DNA of 64,000 nt, from assembly GCA_902538565.1 (NCBI GenBank), contig CACBFQ010000002.1, positions 285,908-349,907 on the forward strand, in the 5' to 3' direction. Of the stretch, positions 1 through 9,440 are shown in pieces. A program made the position numbers and the translations under genes. How positions within the stretch are numbered: the first letter of the stretch is position 1; each line of letters opens with the position of its first letter. The DNA comes from an uncultured Fidelibacterota bacterium. Lineage in GTDB: Bacteria > Fidelibacterota > Marinisomatia > Marinisomatales > Marinisomataceae. Under the pieces are notes generated by a model. That model saw nothing but the letters and a program-made list of their open reading frames with translations, was not told where the DNA came from and ran no database searches.

Positions 1-65
1 AGAACAGGTTTATTTACTGTTTGGACTGCCTTTAGTTGTTGAGTATTTAAATCTTGTAACTTCAT
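1..65 (-). CDS. ATP-dependent DNA helicase UvrD/PcrA/Rep family, N-terminal 21 codons only (runs off the window)
   Basis: Not in the ORF track. The reverse strand reads MKLQDLNTQQLKAVQTVNKPVL, the LNxxQxxAV (Q-motif) start of SF1 helicases. Its ATG overlaps the mltG stop (ATGA). Confidence 0.8.
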   Translation of the reverse strand, partial: MKLQDLNTQQLKAVQTVNKPV

Positions 66-1051
66 CTATTCTTTCTTTTGTTAATTTTATAAATCCTTTT
101 TGCCTCTTCATGATCTTTTTCATTCGTTGTAAATGCATGCGATCCATCTCCTTGTGCAACAAAAAATAAGAAATTGGTATCTTCAGGATATAATGCTGCT
201 TTAATTGATGCAATGCCTGGGTTGTTTATTGGCCCAGGAGGCAAACCATAATTCTGATACGTATTGTAATCAGACTTAATTCTTAAATCTCTATTAGATA
301 ATGTTTTTGGAGGACCTGGTATTATATATTGTATCGTTGGGTCGGCTTGTAGTTTCATATTAATTTTTAATCTATTATGATATACTGAAGAAATTGTACT
401 TCGCTCACTATCAAGCATCGCTTCTCCTTCAATAATCGACGCCAAAGTTACAACTTCATGTACCGAAAATCCTAATTGATTCGCTCTATCTTGTAAATTT
501 TCATCAAATTTTTTCCAAAATTCTGACAACAAAATATCTATAATTTCTTCTGGAGATGAATCATGATATAAATAATATGTATCTGGGTAAAGATAACCTT
601 CAAGCGATGAAGCATCCACTTTATATTGTTCTAAAATCTCGGTTGAATTAAAATATTTGTTAAAATCATAATCTGTTTTCAACAATGTATTAATATCTTT
701 GAAGAGATTCTTTGATTGTGAACCTTCCGGTATTGTTAGTTTTAATTTTATTGGACCCTTATTAAAAATGAGATCAATTAATATAGCGTCTGATATCTTT
801 CCATTAATTAAAAATCTACCGGTTGGGATTTTTGATGCCAACCCTCTGGTGATAACTTTTAGCTTAAATATATTTTGATTTACAATAATTTCATTTTCCA
901 ATAATAAATTAGAAACCGAATTTAATGACATACCTTTTTCAATAGTTATGACAGATGATTTTACTTCACGATTATTTACTGAAAGTATACTTGTAACAAA
1001 AATAATAAGTATTGTTATTGCTATAGATAAGGTAGTATTTATTTCTTTCAT
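62..1051 (-). CDS. mltG: Endolytic transglycosylase MltG
   Basis: N-terminal TM; LEGYLYPDTY, LASIIEGEA, SVYHNRL, LQADPT, YNTY, GLPPGPINNPG motifs. Confidence 0.95.
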   Translation of the reverse strand: MKEINTTLSIAITILIIFVTSILSVNNREVKSSVITIEKGMSLNSVSNLLLENEIIVNQNIFKLKVITRGLASKIPTGRFLINGKISDAILIDLIFNKGPIKLKLTIPEGSQSKNLFKDINTLLKTDYDFNKYFNSTEILEQYKVDASSLEGYLYPDTYYLYHDSSPEEIIDILLSEFWKKFDENLQDRANQLGFSVHEVVTLASIIEGEAMLDSERSTISSVYHNRLKINMKLQADPTIQYIIPGPPKTLSNRDLRIKSDYNTYQNYGLPPGPINNPGIASIKAALYPEDTNFLFFVAQGDGSHAFTTNEKDHEEAKRIYKINKRKNR

Positions 1052-1144
1052 CAGAGGGCTAGAAATTACCTTATTTCTTATTTCAAATCAATGGATGTAA
1101 TAATATTTTTGCAAACAACAATTATCGCAACTAACTTTCCAATT

Positions 1145-1360
1145 ATGGAAAACAAAAATAAAAAAACTTTGCAGTTTTCATGGCCATACAAAAGAAAAAA
1201 TTATGTTTTGTTTGGTGTTGGAGTTTTCGTTATAATTGTGGGTTATTTGATAATGTATTCAGGAGAAGTAGATAGTTTTCGAAGCTTAGTTATTTCTCCA
1301 CTACTTTTATTAGCTGGCTATTTGGTTATAATTCCAATGGCTTTGTTAAGCAAAAAATAA
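1145..1360 (+). CDS. Small two-TM membrane protein, DUF3098-like
   Basis: KNYVLFGVGVFVIIVGYLIM...ISPLLLLAGY pattern. Start chosen at ATG 1145; the ORF track extends to 1091. Confidence 0.7.
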   Translation: MENKNKKTLQFSWPYKRKNYVLFGVGVFVIIVGYLIMYSGEVDSFRSLVISPLLLLAGYLVIIPMALLSKK

Positions 1361-1363
1361 TTT

Positions 1364-1437
<74 letters not shown>

Positions 1438-1446
1438 CAACTTTCA

Positions 1447-2529
1447 ATGAAAAAAATTTTCCAAGTAGGTGCTGGTCTTGTAGGAAAAACAATGGCACTT
1501 GATTTATCCAAAAATTATGAACTTCATCTTGGTGATACCAATTTAGATCTATTAAATGAAATCAAAAATGAAGACCAATCAATACATATACAAAAAATAG
1601 ATATTCAAGATAAAGAAAATTTTTGTGCATGGATAGCTGATGCTGATATCGTGCTTTTGGCTGTACCAGGATTTTTAGGATTTGAAGCTTTACGTTTAAT
1701 TATAGAGTGTGGAAAAAATGTTGTTGATATATCTTTTTCTCCAGAGAATGTCCTTTCGCTTAACGATTTGGCAATAGAAAATGATGTTTGTGCCGTTGTA
1801 GATGCAGGCGTAGCTCCAGGTATACCAAATTTTTTATTGGGATATTGGAATGAAAAAATTAAAGTGAATTCTTTTGATTATATGGTAGGAGGCTTACCAA
1901 AAAATCCATTACCTCCTTATAATTACAAAGCACCTTTTTCCCCCATTGATGTTATTGAAGAATATACTCGACCTGCAAGAATGATGATAAATTCTGAAGT
2001 GGAAATAAAACCTGCACTATCAGAAATCGAAGAGTTAGAAATTGATGATGTTGGAATATTAGAAGCATTTAATACTGATGGTCTTCGTTCATTATTAACT
2101 ACAATGACACACATACCAAATATGAAAGAAAAAACTTTACGATACCCTGGACATGCAAAATTGATACAATTAATGATTGATGATGGATTATTTAATAATA
2201 AAAATTTTGATAATACAATAAATAGACTTTTTAAAGATTGGAAACTAAAAGAAGACGAACCAGAGTTTACAATTCTAGACATTAATATATTTAGTGACTC
2301 AAAAAATATTCATTATCATTTATACGATGAAACGAATGACATTTCAAAATCTTCCTCAATGGCAAGAACAACCGGCTTTACTGCCACCGCTACCATTAAT
2401 ATGCTCTTGAATAATCTGTGGAGTAAAAAAGGAGTTTTTCCTCCTGAATTAGTTGGCAAAAATGAGCAATGCATTGATTTTTTGTTATCGTATTTATCTT
2501 CCAGAAATGTTACAATCAGTCAGAACTAA
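1447..2529 (+). CDS. Saccharopine dehydrogenase / lysine 6-dehydrogenase family oxidoreductase
   Basis: Rossmann GAGLVG; VVDISF, DAGVAPGIPN, LEAFNTDGLRSL, KTLRYPGH, SSMARTTGF motifs. Confidence 0.85.
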   Translation: MKKIFQVGAGLVGKTMALDLSKNYELHLGDTNLDLLNEIKNEDQSIHIQKIDIQDKENFCAWIADADIVLLAVPGFLGFEALRLIIECGKNVVDISFSPENVLSLNDLAIENDVCAVVDAGVAPGIPNFLLGYWNEKIKVNSFDYMVGGLPKNPLPPYNYKAPFSPIDVIEEYTRPARMMINSEVEIKPALSEIEELEIDDVGILEAFNTDGLRSLLTTMTHIPNMKEKTLRYPGHAKLIQLMIDDGLFNNKNFDNTINRLFKDWKLKEDEPEFTILDINIFSDSKNIHYHLYDETNDISKSSSMARTTGFTATATINMLLNNLWSKKGVFPPELVGKNEQCIDFLLSYLSSRNVTISQN

Positions 2530-2556
2530 ATTTTTATTATAATAGTTAATTAAGTA

Positions 2557-2586
2557 TTGATACCAAATCTCTTTCTATTGTACATT
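2557..2586 (+). promoter_or_regulatory. Candidate sigma70 promoter for the cohesin/dockerin gene pair
   Basis: TTGATA (2557-2562), 18-nt spacer, TACATT (2581-2586), then only 5 nt to ATG 2592; no SD. Confidence 0.5.
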
Positions 2587-2591
2587 GTCTA

Positions 2592-3644
2592 ATGTTTAAA
2601 AAATCACTATATGTATTTTTATTATTTTTTATGATTAGCTGCGGTGGTGGAGGTGGTGATGGAGATGATTCCGGTGGAACCAGTCCAAGTAATGACCCTC
2701 CTGTTGCAAGCTTCACAGCAAATCCACTAAGCGGCGGAGCACCATTAGCGGTAACATTTACTTCTACATCAACAAACGCAACTTCGTATGAGTGGGATTT
2801 TAATGGTGATGGCATATTAGATGCATCTGGAGCTAGTGTCCAATATACATATAATGATGCAGGTGCATATTCTGTTTCATTAACGGCAACTGGACCTAAT
2901 GGAACAGACTCTACAACAAGAGCTAATTATATTAATGTATCACCTACTCCTCCGACTGCTGTTTTTTTTACAAATGATTCCACAACCGGAAAAAAAGATT
3001 TAAGAGTTGAATTTATCAATGGTTCAGTTAGATATACGACATCCCTTTGGGACTTTGGTGATGGCAATACTAGTTCAGATACAAATCCGATACACACTTA
3101 TACAACATCTGGTACGTTTGATGTGAGCTTATCAGTTACTGGAGACGGTGGAACAGATACATCTACCGTTCCTGCATTTGTAACAGTTGAAGATGTTCAA
3201 ACCCCTGCATTTGTTTTTGACCCTAAATATCTTGAAGTTTCAAGCGGATCATCATTTTCTCTTGACGTTAAAGTAATGGGAGTTACTGGGATGGCTGCTG
3301 CCCAAGTCGTAATATTTTACGACAATAGTTTAATGACCTATGACAGTACAACAGCAGGAGATTTTTTGAAAGGTGATTCAGATCCATTATTAGTCGTCAC
3401 TAGTAATCCTGGAGTAAATAGAGTTATCATTTATACATCATCTTTATCAAGTGATCTTCCATCAAATGATGGTGATGGGGTCATTGCAACCGTAAACTTC
3501 ACTCTTAATGGTTCGGTTGATACATTAGTAGATATTAATCTAGATTCATCACTTGGAGGTAGTGGTAGTTTGATGCTTGATGTTGATGGTGCAGACATTA
3601 CAGTTAATGATGCTGTTGGAGCATATATTTTAATTAATGAGTAA
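2592..3644 (+). CDS. Lipoprotein with two PKD domains and a C-terminal cohesin-like domain
   Basis: Lipobox FMIS-C, Gly/Asp linker, PKD motifs YEWDFNGDG and LWDFGDGNTS. The C-terminal ~145 aa (3204-3641) has the cohesin pattern FSLDVKV-GVTGMAAAQVVIFYDNSLM...GDFL...GDGVIATVNF. Confidence 0.8.
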   Translation: MFKKSLYVFLLFFMISCGGGGGDGDDSGGTSPSNDPPVASFTANPLSGGAPLAVTFTSTSTNATSYEWDFNGDGILDASGASVQYTYNDAGAYSVSLTATGPNGTDSTTRANYINVSPTPPTAVFFTNDSTTGKKDLRVEFINGSVRYTTSLWDFGDGNTSSDTNPIHTYTTSGTFDVSLSVTGDGGTDTSTVPAFVTVEDVQTPAFVFDPKYLEVSSGSSFSLDVKVMGVTGMAAAQVVIFYDNSLMTYDSTTAGDFLKGDSDPLLVVTSNPGVNRVIIYTSSLSSDLPSNDGDGVIATVNFTLNGSVDTLVDINLDSSLGGSGSLMLDVDGADITVNDAVGAYILINE

Positions 3645-6600
3645 AATAAATATGAAAAGAATATATTATATAATCGGTCTTTTAATTTTTGGTTTAATTT
3701 CATATAAACCAGTAAACAATTATTTAATCGAACTGGAGCGACAAGAACATGAACAATATGTAAATCGCTTAAATTCATATCATAGTTTTTATGAAAGCTC
3801 AAGAAAATTACCAAAAGATCAACGACCTGATTTAAGGGGTCTTCGTGAACACTTAATGACTGTAGATCTTTCTGAAAAACGCGTGCCTAAAGAAAGATTA
3901 ATTGAGGCTATTAAAGAAACTGAAGAAAGAAAAAGTACTTATGCGTTTCGTAATAGAATGACTGAAGTAGATTGGGAAGAAAGAGGTCCTAATACAATTG
4001 GTGGAAGAACTAGAGCCGTAATGTTTGATCCTAATAATTCTACAAAAATTTGGGCTGCTGGTGTTAATGGCGGTTTGTGGTACAATAATGATATAACTTC
4101 AAATACTCAAGATTGGAATTTAGTAGATGGAACATGGGCAAGTTTAGCAGTTTCATCTATGGCATATGATCCAAATAACACGGATGTAATGTATGTTGGA
4201 ACAGGAGAAAGATTTGGAAACTGGGTAGAGTCAGGTTCAAACTGGTATAGCCCTGGTGCGTCAGCTGGAATTGGAATGTTTAAATCCACGGACGGAGGAA
4301 ATACCTGGAGTCACCTATCCTCTACTTCAGATTTTGCTTTCATCACTGATATTTTTATAAGAGATGAAAATGGTCAAAATGCGATATATATAACAGTTGC
4401 TGGAAATGAATATGAAGGAATATATGTTGGTAGACCAGCGACAGGAATTTGGAAATCATCTGATCAAGGTAATTCATGGACAAGAGTAACCGAGACTATT
4501 CAAGAAACAACTGGTAATACTGAATTTAATAATATTCAGGAAGGTGTTGATGGAAGATTATGGTCAGGATCTAGAATGAATTCTTATTGGAGTGGTGGTG
4601 GAGAAATTTATTACTCAGATGATAATGGATCATCTTGGACAACTGCTACTTGGTCATCAGGATTAAATAATAATGGGAACAGAGTTGATGTTCGTGTTGC
4701 ACCTTCTGATCCTAATACTGTTTATGCATTAATTGGACAAATTGCAACTCCTAGATGGTTGGCAAAAACCACTGACAATGGAGCCTCATGGACTGTACTC
4801 GACTTACCAACCAACGAAGATACAAGTTCTCAAAGTTATGGGGGATATCTAAGTGACGTTAATGGTACTGCAAATTGGGCGATTGGTTTTGGAGTAGATG
4901 CGACAGATGCGAATATAATTTATGCTGGTGTAATAGATGCATATAAGTCAACAGATGGTGGAGTATCATGGACACATATTAGTGATTGGAGAGGTTCAGG
5001 TGGAGGCTTACAGTACTTGCATGCAGACCATCATGCCGTACGATCAATCAATAACAATGAAATTGTTTTCGCTAATGATGGAGGTATTTTTTATACAGTT
5101 GATGGTGGTACAAACATTTATCAACGAAATGAAGGTTATAATGTAGGACAATTTTATAGCGTTGCACTTCATCCCGAAGCTTCAAACCAATATGTTTTAG
5201 GAGGTACTCAAGATAATGGTTCTTGGAAAATAGGTGCTACTGGAATTGCTAGTGGAAGTGAAGTTACAGGTGGTGATGGTGGTTTTGCTCATATTGATCA
5301 ATTAGATCCTAATTATCAGTTCACAGCAGCCAATGGGAATAACATTTATAGGTCAACTAATGGTGGATTAAGTTGGTCAACTTATTCAAATCATACGGAG
5401 GGAACACTAATTAATCCTTCTGGAATTGATTCATCTACAAAAACAATATACACCAATGCTGGTGCAACTGGTATCATGCGACTAGATGATTATACAGCCT
5501 TAGCATCGAAGTATACAATGAATATAAACTTGGGTAGTTCAGCAACTTTCTTTAAAGCATCTCCGCATACCGATGATGTTATTTTTGTTGGAACTGCAGG
5601 TGGAAGAATATTTAAAATTTTAAATGCATCTACATCAAATTTTAGCGTTGAAGAAATTACTGGTTCAAATGTTCAAGGTTATATATCGTCAATTGATATT
5701 GGTGCAAGTGATGAACAAATTTTAATTACAGTTTCCAATTATGGTGCCCAATCTATCTTCGAAACTTATTCAGGTGGTGGTCCAAGTGGATGGACGAATG
5801 TTGAAGGTGATTTACCAGATATGCCTGTTAGAGCTGCCTTGTATAATAGAAATAATTTTAATCAAGTTATTGCAGGAACAGACTTGGGTACATGGACTTG
5901 CGATGATATTTCAACTTCATCACCAGCTTGGGTTCCTTCAAATGATGGGTTAAATAATGTGAGAGTAGATATGCTTGTTAATAGATCATCTGATGGTGCG
6001 ATTGCTGCTGCAACACATGGAAGAGGAATATTTTATTCAGCAAATGGATTTACATCAACTGCTCCATTAAACGCTGCTTTTTCACCAGATAAAACTTCAG
6101 GTGTCTTTCCTTTAACTATTAATTTTAGTGATAGATCCACTGGTAATGTTTCAAGTTGGAGTTGGGATTTCGGTGATGGTAATACAAGTACTGAGCAATC
6201 CCCTTCACATACATTTGCTACTGCTGGAAAATACACTGTAAGCCTACAAGTTACAGATGGAACTTCAAATGATAGTGAATCAAAAACTGACTTAGTATGG
6301 GCTACAGCGGTTCAAGATACATTATATGAAGAGGGATTTGAATCTGCCCCTTATGGTAGAGTAGATTTTATGGGAAGAAATACTTATGCATGGCCTACTT
6401 ATAATGTAAATAATGATGCTGAAGCATTTAGCTGGTGGTATTATACTGCTGGATATGGCGCAGCAGATGGAAGTCACTGGATGGCTGGCCTTGGAATGGC
6501 AGGTGCCGGTGCTGCTGATGACTGGTTAGTAAGCCCTGAATTATATTTAAGACCTGGCACAGATAATATTTTAAGTTTTTATACCAACATGAATGGTGGA

Positions 6601-8403
6601 AGCGAAACATATGATGTTTTATTGGCTCCATCTCCAGATAGTTCTCTTGAATTATCAGATTTTTCTGTTACTTTAGCAAATGTAGTTGACGAAAGTACTA
6701 GTACTTGGACACAACAGACATATGATCTTTCTGCATACGCTGGCACTAAAGTTCGAATTGGAATACATGTAAAAACAACAACACAACAATATGCTTTCTG
6801 GGACAACTTTACTGTTACTGCAGGACAATTAAGTGCTGATGGTGCCCCACTTGCTCCTCAAGGAATCGTTGTGGCAAGAGACATTGATTCTTCAGGCCCA
6901 GTTGATGCAATTGAATTATATTGGAATAGAAATGGTGAACCTGATTTTGCTTCATACAATGTGTATGGAAGTTTAACAGAAGGTTTTGTAGCTGACTCAA
7001 ATACACTTTTAGGCCAAGGTACTTTAGGCGACATAAATTCTACACATTATGAGCCTTCTCCTTCAACTACACCATGGCCAGATACTACTTTTGTGTATAC
7101 GCAGACTTATGCGATAGATAATTATGTTCATCCTGCAACTTCTGGTGAAGAATGGTTCTTTAAAGTAAGTGCAGTGGATACTGATGGAAATGAAACTTTA
7201 AGTGATGAATTATCATTCTTACTTGACACAGTTTCACCTACTGCAGGTACGTTCACAGTTGAAAACCTTGTTGATGGCTACTTGAAATCTTTAACTGAAA
7301 TAACTGTTGATGCTGATGGATTTAGCGATGATACGGGAATAGTAGACTATGTTCTTGATATAGGGACTTCAAGTAGTTCATATGGATCTGCAGTAATTGC
7401 TGCTGGTGATGAACTTACTTTAACAGGACTATCTTTACCTGATCAGACAGAACTTACCATATATTTATACGCTCGAGATGGTGGTGGTAATAACTCTGAA
7501 CTTGTTTCCCAGAATGTGACCACTTACGTTTCATATTTAGGTGATTATGATAGCGATAATGATGTTGATATTGAAGACCTCAATGTATTTGTAAATGCAT
7601 GGCCTAATGCTGGAGTAGATAGCTCAGTAGATCTTGGTCCTGCCACTGGTACTGCTCCATATCTTGTTCCTTCTCCTGACAACGTAAATGATGTTAAAGA
7701 TTTAAGCGTATTTTCTAGAATGTGGCTTTGGACTAAAGCGCAAGGAAGAACCGTCGAAGACATTGAAATTATGCCAACTGAATTTGAAGCAGAAATTTTA
7801 GGCAATCAAATCATTATTGAACTTCCTGAGGGCGTAACTGCTGGAAGATTTGAAATTGGAAATATCAATAATATTTATGATTTCAATACTGATCAAAAAC
7901 AAGGCTACTTAGTTCTAGAAAATGAAAATGAAGAAAACGAATATTACGAAGTTGAATTCGGAAACCTATCTTCAAATGATGGCAAAATTGTAATCAATAT
8001 TGATGGTGCTCCAATTTCTAGTGATATTGAATTAAACTATCAATTCTTCACTGCAGAGGGAATGATTGGAAATGGCATGATGCAACTTAGAAATCCTGAT
8101 GAATTCAACTTGTATCAGAATTATCCAAATCCATTTAACAATCAAACCACTATCATGTATGATATACCATCACTAATGGTAAATACTGTTGATGTAGAAA
8201 TACTTATCTACAACACTGTTGGTACACTTGTAAGAACCTTAGATGAAGGTGACAAAGGTGCTGGACAACATACTACTTTATGGGATGGTAGAAATGACGA
8301 TGGTGAAAAAGTAAGTAGTGGAGTATATTTCTATCAACTTAGAGCTAAGGTTGATGGTCAAAGTGATTACAATAAAACCAAGAAAATGGTTATTGTAAGA
8401 TAA
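3637..8403 (+). CDS. Large secreted multidomain protein: BNR/Asp-box (Vps10/GH74-like) propeller + PKD + cleaved-adhesin/MAM-like + FN3-like + dockerin-like + T9SS/FlgD-Ig C-terminal domain
   Basis: WEERGP.IGGRTRA start; about 7 S/TxDxGxxW Asp-boxes; WSWDFGDG PKD; DDWLVSPEL; GDYDSDNDVDIEDL dockerin repeat (7540-7725); LYQNYPNPFN...WDGRNDDGEKVSSGVYFYQL CTD. An alternative start is ATG 3652. Confidence 0.85.
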   Translation: MSKINMKRIYYIIGLLIFGLISYKPVNNYLIELERQEHEQYVNRLNSYHSFYESSRKLPKDQRPDLRGLREHLMTVDLSEKRVPKERLIEAIKETEERKSTYAFRNRMTEVDWEERGPNTIGGRTRAVMFDPNNSTKIWAAGVNGGLWYNNDITSNTQDWNLVDGTWASLAVSSMAYDPNNTDVMYVGTGERFGNWVESGSNWYSPGASAGIGMFKSTDGGNTWSHLSSTSDFAFITDIFIRDENGQNAIYITVAGNEYEGIYVGRPATGIWKSSDQGNSWTRVTETIQETTGNTEFNNIQEGVDGRLWSGSRMNSYWSGGGEIYYSDDNGSSWTTATWSSGLNNNGNRVDVRVAPSDPNTVYALIGQIATPRWLAKTTDNGASWTVLDLPTNEDTSSQSYGGYLSDVNGTANWAIGFGVDATDANIIYAGVIDAYKSTDGGVSWTHISDWRGSGGGLQYLHADHHAVRSINNNEIVFANDGGIFYTVDGGTNIYQRNEGYNVGQFYSVALHPEASNQYVLGGTQDNGSWKIGATGIASGSEVTGGDGGFAHIDQLDPNYQFTAANGNNIYRSTNGGLSWSTYSNHTEGTLINPSGIDSSTKTIYTNAGATGIMRLDDYTALASKYTMNINLGSSATFFKASPHTDDVIFVGTAGGRIFKILNASTSNFSVEEITGSNVQGYISSIDIGASDEQILITVSNYGAQSIFETYSGGGPSGWTNVEGDLPDMPVRAALYNRNNFNQVIAGTDLGTWTCDDISTSSPAWVPSNDGLNNVRVDMLVNRSSDGAIAAATHGRGIFYSANGFTSTAPLNAAFSPDKTSGVFPLTINFSDRSTGNVSSWSWDFGDGNTSTEQSPSHTFATAGKYTVSLQVTDGTSNDSESKTDLVWATAVQDTLYEEGFESAPYGRVDFMGRNTYAWPTYNVNNDAEAFSWWYYTAGYGAADGSHWMAGLGMAGAGAADDWLVSPELYLRPGTDNILSFYTNMNGGSETYDVLLAPSPDSSLELSDFSVTLANVVDESTSTWTQQTYDLSAYAGTKVRIGIHVKTTTQQYAFWDNFTVTAGQLSADGAPLAPQGIVVARDIDSSGPVDAIELYWNRNGEPDFASYNVYGSLTEGFVADSNTLLGQGTLGDINSTHYEPSPSTTPWPDTTFVYTQTYAIDNYVHPATSGEEWFFKVSAVDTDGNETLSDELSFLLDTVSPTAGTFTVENLVDGYLKSLTEITVDADGFSDDTGIVDYVLDIGTSSSSYGSAVIAAGDELTLTGLSLPDQTELTIYLYARDGGGNNSELVSQNVTTYVSYLGDYDSDNDVDIEDLNVFVNAWPNAGVDSSVDLGPATGTAPYLVPSPDNVNDVKDLSVFSRMWLWTKAQGRTVEDIEIMPTEFEAEILGNQIIIELPEGVTAGRFEIGNINNIYDFNTDQKQGYLVLENENEENEYYEVEFGNLSSNDGKIVINIDGAPISSDIELNYQFFTAEGMIGNGMMQLRNPDEFNLYQNYPNPFNNQTTIMYDIPSLMVNTVDVEILIYNTVGTLVRTLDEGDKGAGQHTTLWDGRNDDGEKVSSGVYFYQLRAKVDGQSDYNKTKKMVIVR

Positions 8404-8408
8404 CTTTT

Positions 8409-9380
8409 TTATACTAGTTTGGTTTGATATAAATCGTGAAGTGTAACAAGACCTAAGCATTTCCCATCACTATCTATAACAGGTAAACAAGAAATTTGAG
8501 AATGTCTGTCTTCCATTACTTTCATTGCATCTAGTATTGATATTGAAGGGTTGATTGAAATAGGATTGTTATTAATAAAATCTAAAATTGAATTTGATAA
8601 ATCACTGGTGGAAGCAATTGATTTTCTTAAATCCCCTTCTGTAACTATACCCTTTAATATATCATTATCCAAATGAAGTGCAGCACCTAGTGGCTTTTTG
8701 GTCATCTTAGAGGCACATGAACTAATTGAATCATTTTCATCAATTTGTGCAACGTCGTTTAATGGATGCATAACACTTTCAACTTTCAATGCTAATTGCT
8801 TCCCTAATTCTCCACCAGGATGATTTCTTGCAAAATCTTTTTTATCAAAACCTCTTTGAACCATAAGAACAGAAGCTAAAGCATCTCCAATTGCTAGTGC
8901 AACAAGTGAACTAGTTGTTGGAACGACTCCGAGCGGATCTATTTCCTTTTCAACTGTCCCATTGAGAATGATATCAGAATTTTTTGCAATGAAAGAATCC
9001 ATATTACCTATGATAGCAATTAAAGGTGATTGAAATTCTTTCAAAATGGGAATTAGTCTTACTAATTCTTCAGTATTTCCGCTTTTAGAAATTAATATAG
9101 TGGGATCTCCAGGATTATATATGCCTAAGTCACCATGAATGGCTTCTGCTGCATGCATATAAACACTACGCGTACCAGTACTACACAAAGTAGCGACTAT
9201 TTTTTGACCAATTAATCCTGATTTACCTAAACCACAAACTACTACCTTACCCGAATTATTAATAATTAACTCAGCAGCTGACTGAATATCCTGATCAATA
9301 TTTTTGGATACTTGTAAAAGCTGTGAAGAATAACTCTCAAAAATTGATTGAGATAGCCCGTTTATTTCTTTTTTTGCCAT
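8409..9380 (-). CDS. kdsD: Arabinose-5-phosphate isomerase KpsF/GutQ family (SIS + CBS)
   Basis: GLGKSGLIG, EAIHGDLG, SKSGNTEEL, PTTSS, GDALA, HPGGELG, C-terminal CBS pair. Confidence 0.93.
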   Translation of the reverse strand: MAKKEINGLSQSIFESYSSQLLQVSKNIDQDIQSAAELIINNSGKVVVCGLGKSGLIGQKIVATLCSTGTRSVYMHAAEAIHGDLGIYNPGDPTILISKSGNTEELVRLIPILKEFQSPLIAIIGNMDSFIAKNSDIILNGTVEKEIDPLGVVPTTSSLVALAIGDALASVLMVQRGFDKKDFARNHPGGELGKQLALKVESVMHPLNDVAQIDENDSISSCASKMTKKPLGAALHLDNDILKGIVTEGDLRKSIASTSDLSNSILDFINNNPISINPSISILDAMKVMEDRHSQISCLPVIDSDGKCLGLVTLHDLYQTKLV

Positions 9381-9440
9381 ACAATCGATAATATAAATAG
9401 TTTTAATGGAATTATGACTGATAAATTTGTAGTATTCCGC

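Noticed and set aside
2592-8403. Higher GC here and at 43391-44977 as a sign of horizontal transfer
   Set aside because: Explained by Gly/Ala/Thr/Asp-rich composition; third positions remain AT-rich and there are no mobility genes or flanking repeats
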